The position numbers and the translations under genes were made by a program. The notes below the pieces were generated by a model. The model ran no database searches and was not told the origin of the DNA. It saw only the letters and a program-made list of their open reading frames with translations. A stretch of 64,000 bases of DNA from Alphaproteobacteria bacterium (GTDB lineage Bacteria > Pseudomonadota > Alphaproteobacteria > Bin95): NCBI GenBank assembly GCA_964291285.2, contig OZ219787.1:1-64000 (forward strand), given 5' to 3'. Numbering within the stretch: the stretch's first letter is position 1; every line of letters starts with the position of its first letter. Shown one piece after another: positions 60,343-64,000 of this stretch.

Positions 60343-62399
60343 AAGCTGCCCTCCGAGACGACGAGATTGCCGAAGCGGTCGGTGAGCGCAATTTGACCGG
60401 GGAGAAGGACGGTCGTCGAATCGAGCTGTTCGACGATAGCCGGGCCTTCGATACAGTGACCGGCAAGCAGGCTCTCGCGGCGATAGATGGGCGTGGGCCG
60501 CAACATGTCGTCGCCGGCGAGACAGGCGGGGCGCTCGCTGGACGGCTCGGGGCGTTCGACCGGGGCCGCAGGCAATTCCGGCAGATTGAACTTGTCCGTG
60601 ACCCCTGTGGCCTCGACCCGCTGGTTGACGATCTCGACCGGCGCCTCGGGCTCGCAGAAGGTGTAGAGCCGCTCGTGGAGCGCATGGAAGTCGGCGACAA
60701 GCGCAGCCAGGGTGCCTTCCGTGACCGGACCGCTGCACGGGACGGTCAACTCCACCCCCTGCTTTTCGTAGCGCATGTCAGCCGACCGGCGGAACAAGCG
60801 GCGGTCGGGTGGCATGCCGTTGGCTTCGAGGCAGCGGTCGGCCTCATGCGCCAATTCCGCGAAGACCGACTCGGTGGCAGCGGCATCGAAGGCGCCGGCG
60901 CGCTGCAGGCGTGTGACGGCGAAATCGTATCGAAGGTCCGTCGCCAGCAGGCCGATGGCGCAGAGAATACCGGGAAAGCGCGGCACAAGGACGCCCGCCG
61001 CGTTCAGTTCGCGCATGAGTTCCGCGCCGTGGACGGGGCCCGCGCCGCCGAAGGCAGCAAGCGTAAAATCGCGGGGATCGAGGCCTCGTTCGACCGACAT
61101 GATCTTCAACGCCCCGGTCATGTTGGCGTTGACCAGCTCCACTATGCCCCGGGCGGCGGCGATGAGATCCATGCCGAGCGGTTCGGCGACATGCCGGCGG
61201 ATCGCCGTTTCCGCCGCTTCCGGCGTCAACGCGACCTCGCCGTCGAGGAGCGCGGGCGGGATGCGCCCGAGCACGAGATTGGCGTCAGAAACGGTGGGTC
61301 GCTCGCCCCCCTTGCCGTAGCAGGCGGGTCCCGGATCAGCGCCAGCGCTCTCGGGGCCGACGCGAATCGCGCCCTGTTCGGTCACTGTGGCGACGGACCC
61401 GCCGCCAGCGCCGATGGTATGGATATCGATCATCGGGAAAGCGAGCGGGTGGTCGCCGACCCTGCCTGCGGTCGAAAGGGCGGGCTGGCCGTTCCGGATG
61501 AGCGCGACATCGGCGCTGGTCCCGCCCATGTCGATGGTCAGGAGATCGTCGATTCCCGCGGCCCGCCCAAGCCAGGCTGCCCCCAGAGCGCCGGCGGCGG
61601 GTCCGGAAAGCGCAAGATGCACGGCGCCGTGTGCGGCTTCCCCGGGCAGGCAGGCGCCTCCGTTCGATTTCATCAGTAACAACGGCGCTTCGACGGCGCG
61701 GCGGTCGAGCCCCTCGGAAAGCCGACCGATATAGTGCCTGACCACCGGTTGCACCGAGGCGTTCAATGCCGTCGCGACCGTGCGTTCATATTCACGGAAA
61801 ACCGGAAGAACATCGGCCGATAGCGAAACTTCGACGTCCGGGAGGCTTGACCGAAGAATCTCGCCCGCCCGGCGCTCATGGGCCTGGTTGGCGTAGGAGT
61901 GAAGCAGGACTACCGCAACCGCCTCGAGGCGGGCGGCACGAATGGCCTCCGCGGCTGCCTCGACTGCTGCCTCGTCCAGGGGCACCGCTACGGTGCCGTC
62001 GATGCGAACCCGGCCCGGCACCTCGAAGATGAAACGAGGCTGAACCGGCCGCTTGGGCTTTACCCAGGAAAAGAGATTGGCCGCGCGCGGGATTTCGGCC
62101 CGCCCGATTTCCAGCACATGGCGGAACCCCTTCGTGGTGACAAGGCTGGTGCGGACACCCTTTCCCTCCAGGATCGCGTTGGTGACGATGGTCGAGCCAT
62201 GCAGGACGGTCGCCACCTCCGCCGGGCTGACGCCGGACCGGTCGAGCATCCTGTCCACGCCCGCGAAGAAGCCGTTGGCAGGGGCGCTCGGCACTGAGGG
62301 CGACTTTGCGACATGAAGCGCGCCGCCGGCGCGGTCCGCCAGAATGACGTCCGTGAAAGTGCCTCCCACATCGAGGCTCAGCGCATAGCGTGCGGTCAT
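60339..62399 (-). CDS. Hydantoinase A/oxoprolinase family subunit
   Basis: DVGGTFTD, FREYER, SGPAAG, DMGGTSAD, GAGGGS, SAGADPGPACY. Confidence 0.92.
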   Translation of the reverse strand: MTARYALSLDVGGTFTDVILADRAGGALHVAKSPSVPSAPANGFFAGVDRMLDRSGVSPAEVATVLHGSTIVTNAILEGKGVRTSLVTTKGFRHVLEIGRAEIPRAANLFSWVKPKRPVQPRFIFEVPGRVRIDGTVAVPLDEAAVEAAAEAIRAARLEAVAVVLLHSYANQAHERRAGEILRSSLPDVEVSLSADVLPVFREYERTVATALNASVQPVVRHYIGRLSEGLDRRAVEAPLLLMKSNGGACLPGEAAHGAVHLALSGPAAGALGAAWLGRAAGIDDLLTIDMGGTSADVALIRNGQPALSTAGRVGDHPLAFPMIDIHTIGAGGGSVATVTEQGAIRVGPESAGADPGPACYGKGGERPTVSDANLVLGRIPPALLDGEVALTPEAAETAIRRHVAEPLGMDLIAAARGIVELVNANMTGALKIMSVERGLDPRDFTLAAFGGAGPVHGAELMRELNAAGVLVPRFPGILCAIGLLATDLRYDFAVTRLQRAGAFDAAATESVFAELAHEADRCLEANGMPPDRRLFRRSADMRYEKQGVELTVPCSGPVTEGTLAALVADFHALHERLYTFCEPEAPVEIVNQRVEATGVTDKFNLPELPAAPVERPEPSSERPACLAGDDMLRPTPIYRRESLLAGHCIEGPAIVEQLDSTTVLLPGQIALTDRFGNLVVSEGSL

Positions 62400-63145
62400 G
62401 GGCTGCCCATCACCGGCAGCGTTTGGCCGGTGATCCAGCCCGCCCGGTCGGACGCGAGGAACAGCACGGCATGGGCGATGTCCTCCGGCTTCCCGAGCCG
62501 GCGCATGGCGATTCCTTCGATGATTGCCGCCTGCTCTTCCGGGCTGCGCGCTTCCCACTGCCGGACATAGTCGGGCGAAGTCTGGGGCATCAGGCCGGGC
62601 GCCACCGTGTTGACGGTAATTCCGAACGGCCCAAGTTCGGAGGCAAGCTGGCGCGCCAGCCCGATCTGCGCCGTCTTCGCCGTACCATAGGAGTGGATGC
62701 CGGTGCGCGACACGCGCAGGCCCGCCCCGGACGAGATCAACACGATCCGGCCTTCGCCCTTCGCCTTCATGCCGGGTGCGACCGCACGCGCCACATGGAA
62801 GGCGCCGTCGACATTCACCGCCTGAATGGCGCGCCAGTCGGCGTCGGTGACCTCCTCCAGCGGGCCGGCGACCCGGCCACGCACGCCGCCGGCGGTGTGG
62901 ACCGCGATATCGACCGGGCCGATCCGGGCGATGAGCGCATCGACGGCTGCGGAATCGGTGACATCGAGGCCGTGGGCCTCGACCGGTAAACGGGCTGCCG
63001 CGGCGGTCTCCCGGACCAACTCGCTTTCGATATCCGCGACATGTACCTCCGCCCGCTCGTCGGCGAAAGCATGGGTGATGGCGCGGCCGATGCCGCGCGC
63101 CGCACCGGTCACGAGGACACGCTTGCCGGGAAACGAAATCTCCAT
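62396..63145 (-). CDS. SDR family oxidoreductase
   Basis: TGAARGIG, YGTAK. Confidence 0.92.
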   Translation of the reverse strand: MEISFPGKRVLVTGAARGIGRAITHAFADERAEVHVADIESELVRETAAAARLPVEAHGLDVTDSAAVDALIARIGPVDIAVHTAGGVRGRVAGPLEEVTDADWRAIQAVNVDGAFHVARAVAPGMKAKGEGRIVLISSGAGLRVSRTGIHSYGTAKTAQIGLARQLASELGPFGITVNTVAPGLMPQTSPDYVRQWEARSPEEQAAIIEGIAMRRLGKPEDIAHAVLFLASDRAGWITGQTLPVMGSP

Positions 63146-63215
63146 CCGATCAGCCCCGCCTTGCCCTGAGCTGCATTCCTACAGGCTACGCCCGAATTCG
63201 GGTCGTCTATGCTAA

Positions 63216-64000
63216 CCCGACTTCCGCAACTCGGCTTGAGAATCGACTGATTTGACGGTTTTCCGGCGCGAGAAGTGTCGGATTTCGGTGCAGTACCTCT
63301 CGGGACCGGCTTGTAGTGCCGACCTACCCCCTTGATCGGGCTGGCGAAGATCCGGACGCTGCGCTGATGTTCGTGCGCTGCAAGAGACGCTTCAAGGACG
63401 GCAAGGAGCACCGCTACTGGAGCGTTGTGGAGAACGTCCGGGTCCACGGCGGTCGGGTTGTTCAGCGTCAGGTGCTCTATCTCGGGGAGATCAACGACAG
63501 CCAGCGAGCGGCGTGGTGCCGCTCGATCGAGGTGGTGGAGGGCAAGTCGCGATCACGGCAGATGGCGCTGTTTCCCGAGGACCGGGAGGCGCCGGCGCTG
63601 ACTTGCGAAGTGGTGAAGATCGACCTCTCGCAGGTGGCGCTTCACGACCCGCGCCAGTGGGGGGCGTGCTGGCTGGCGCTGTCCTTGTGGGACCGCCTGG
63701 ACCTGGACCGCTTCTGGGAAGAGCGGCTGCCGGCGAGCCGGCAAGGCACGCGGTGGCTGGACATCCTGAAGATCCAGGTCTGCTACCGGCTGATCGACCC
63801 GGGCAGCGAGTGGCGCCTTCACCGTCACTGGTATGAGCACAGCGCGCTTCGCGATCTTCTGGGTGGCGAGCGGGCGATCGCCGACGACACACTCTATCGC
63901 TGTCTCGACAAGCTGCTGGCGCACAAGCAGGGCTTCTTCTCGTTTCTGCGCGACCGCTGGGCGACGCTGTTCGAGGCGCGCTTCGACGTGCTGCTCTACG
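63216..64000 (+). mobile_element. IS1634-family element, copy 2 (runs off the window)
   Basis: Same left end and transposase start (ATG 63367) as copy 1; preceded by CTAA. Confidence 0.92.

Noticed and set aside
47064-64000. Composite transposon formed by the two IS1634 copies around the Dpp/hydantoinase genes
   Set aside because: Copy 1 has its own CTAG duplication and copy 2 has a different target (CTAA); the far end of copy 2 is outside the window.

Overview
High-GC, alphaproteobacterial-looking window with three zones. (1) 1-12087 is the remnant of a mobilisable element: a MazF/DUF3018 toxin-antitoxin pair, a MOBF (TrwC-type) relaxase-helicase, an RHH accessory gene and a candidate oriT. 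Beyond the oriT lies a leading-region-like array with three ssb genes (two inside a ~610-bp direct repeat), a stand-alone DarG-like macrodomain and several orphan ORFs, most closed by related terminators. (2) 12088-15226 is an IS1-family cargo transposon with perfect 22-bp terminal inverted repeats. It carries a DNA methyltransferase-HNH nuclease fusion and small orphan genes, has no target duplication and joins two 5'-truncated genes, one a giant FN3/Calx-beta autotransporter-like adhesin (to 21926). (3) The rest is metabolic backbone: a putative amide/N-heterocycle catabolic cluster, a Liv-type ABC system with two permease/ATPase sets, ridA, an FAD oxidase, uup, rnpB, a Dpp-type ABC system, a deacetylase and hydantoinase A/B. 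It is punctuated by nested REP/REPIN clusters, a REP-targeted 408-bp MITE and a LexA-boxed solo IS630 HTH gene. Across the window there are also two IS5 and two IS1634 copies. No CRISPR array, tRNA or rRNA was seen. All calls come from reading motifs by eye; no database searches were run.
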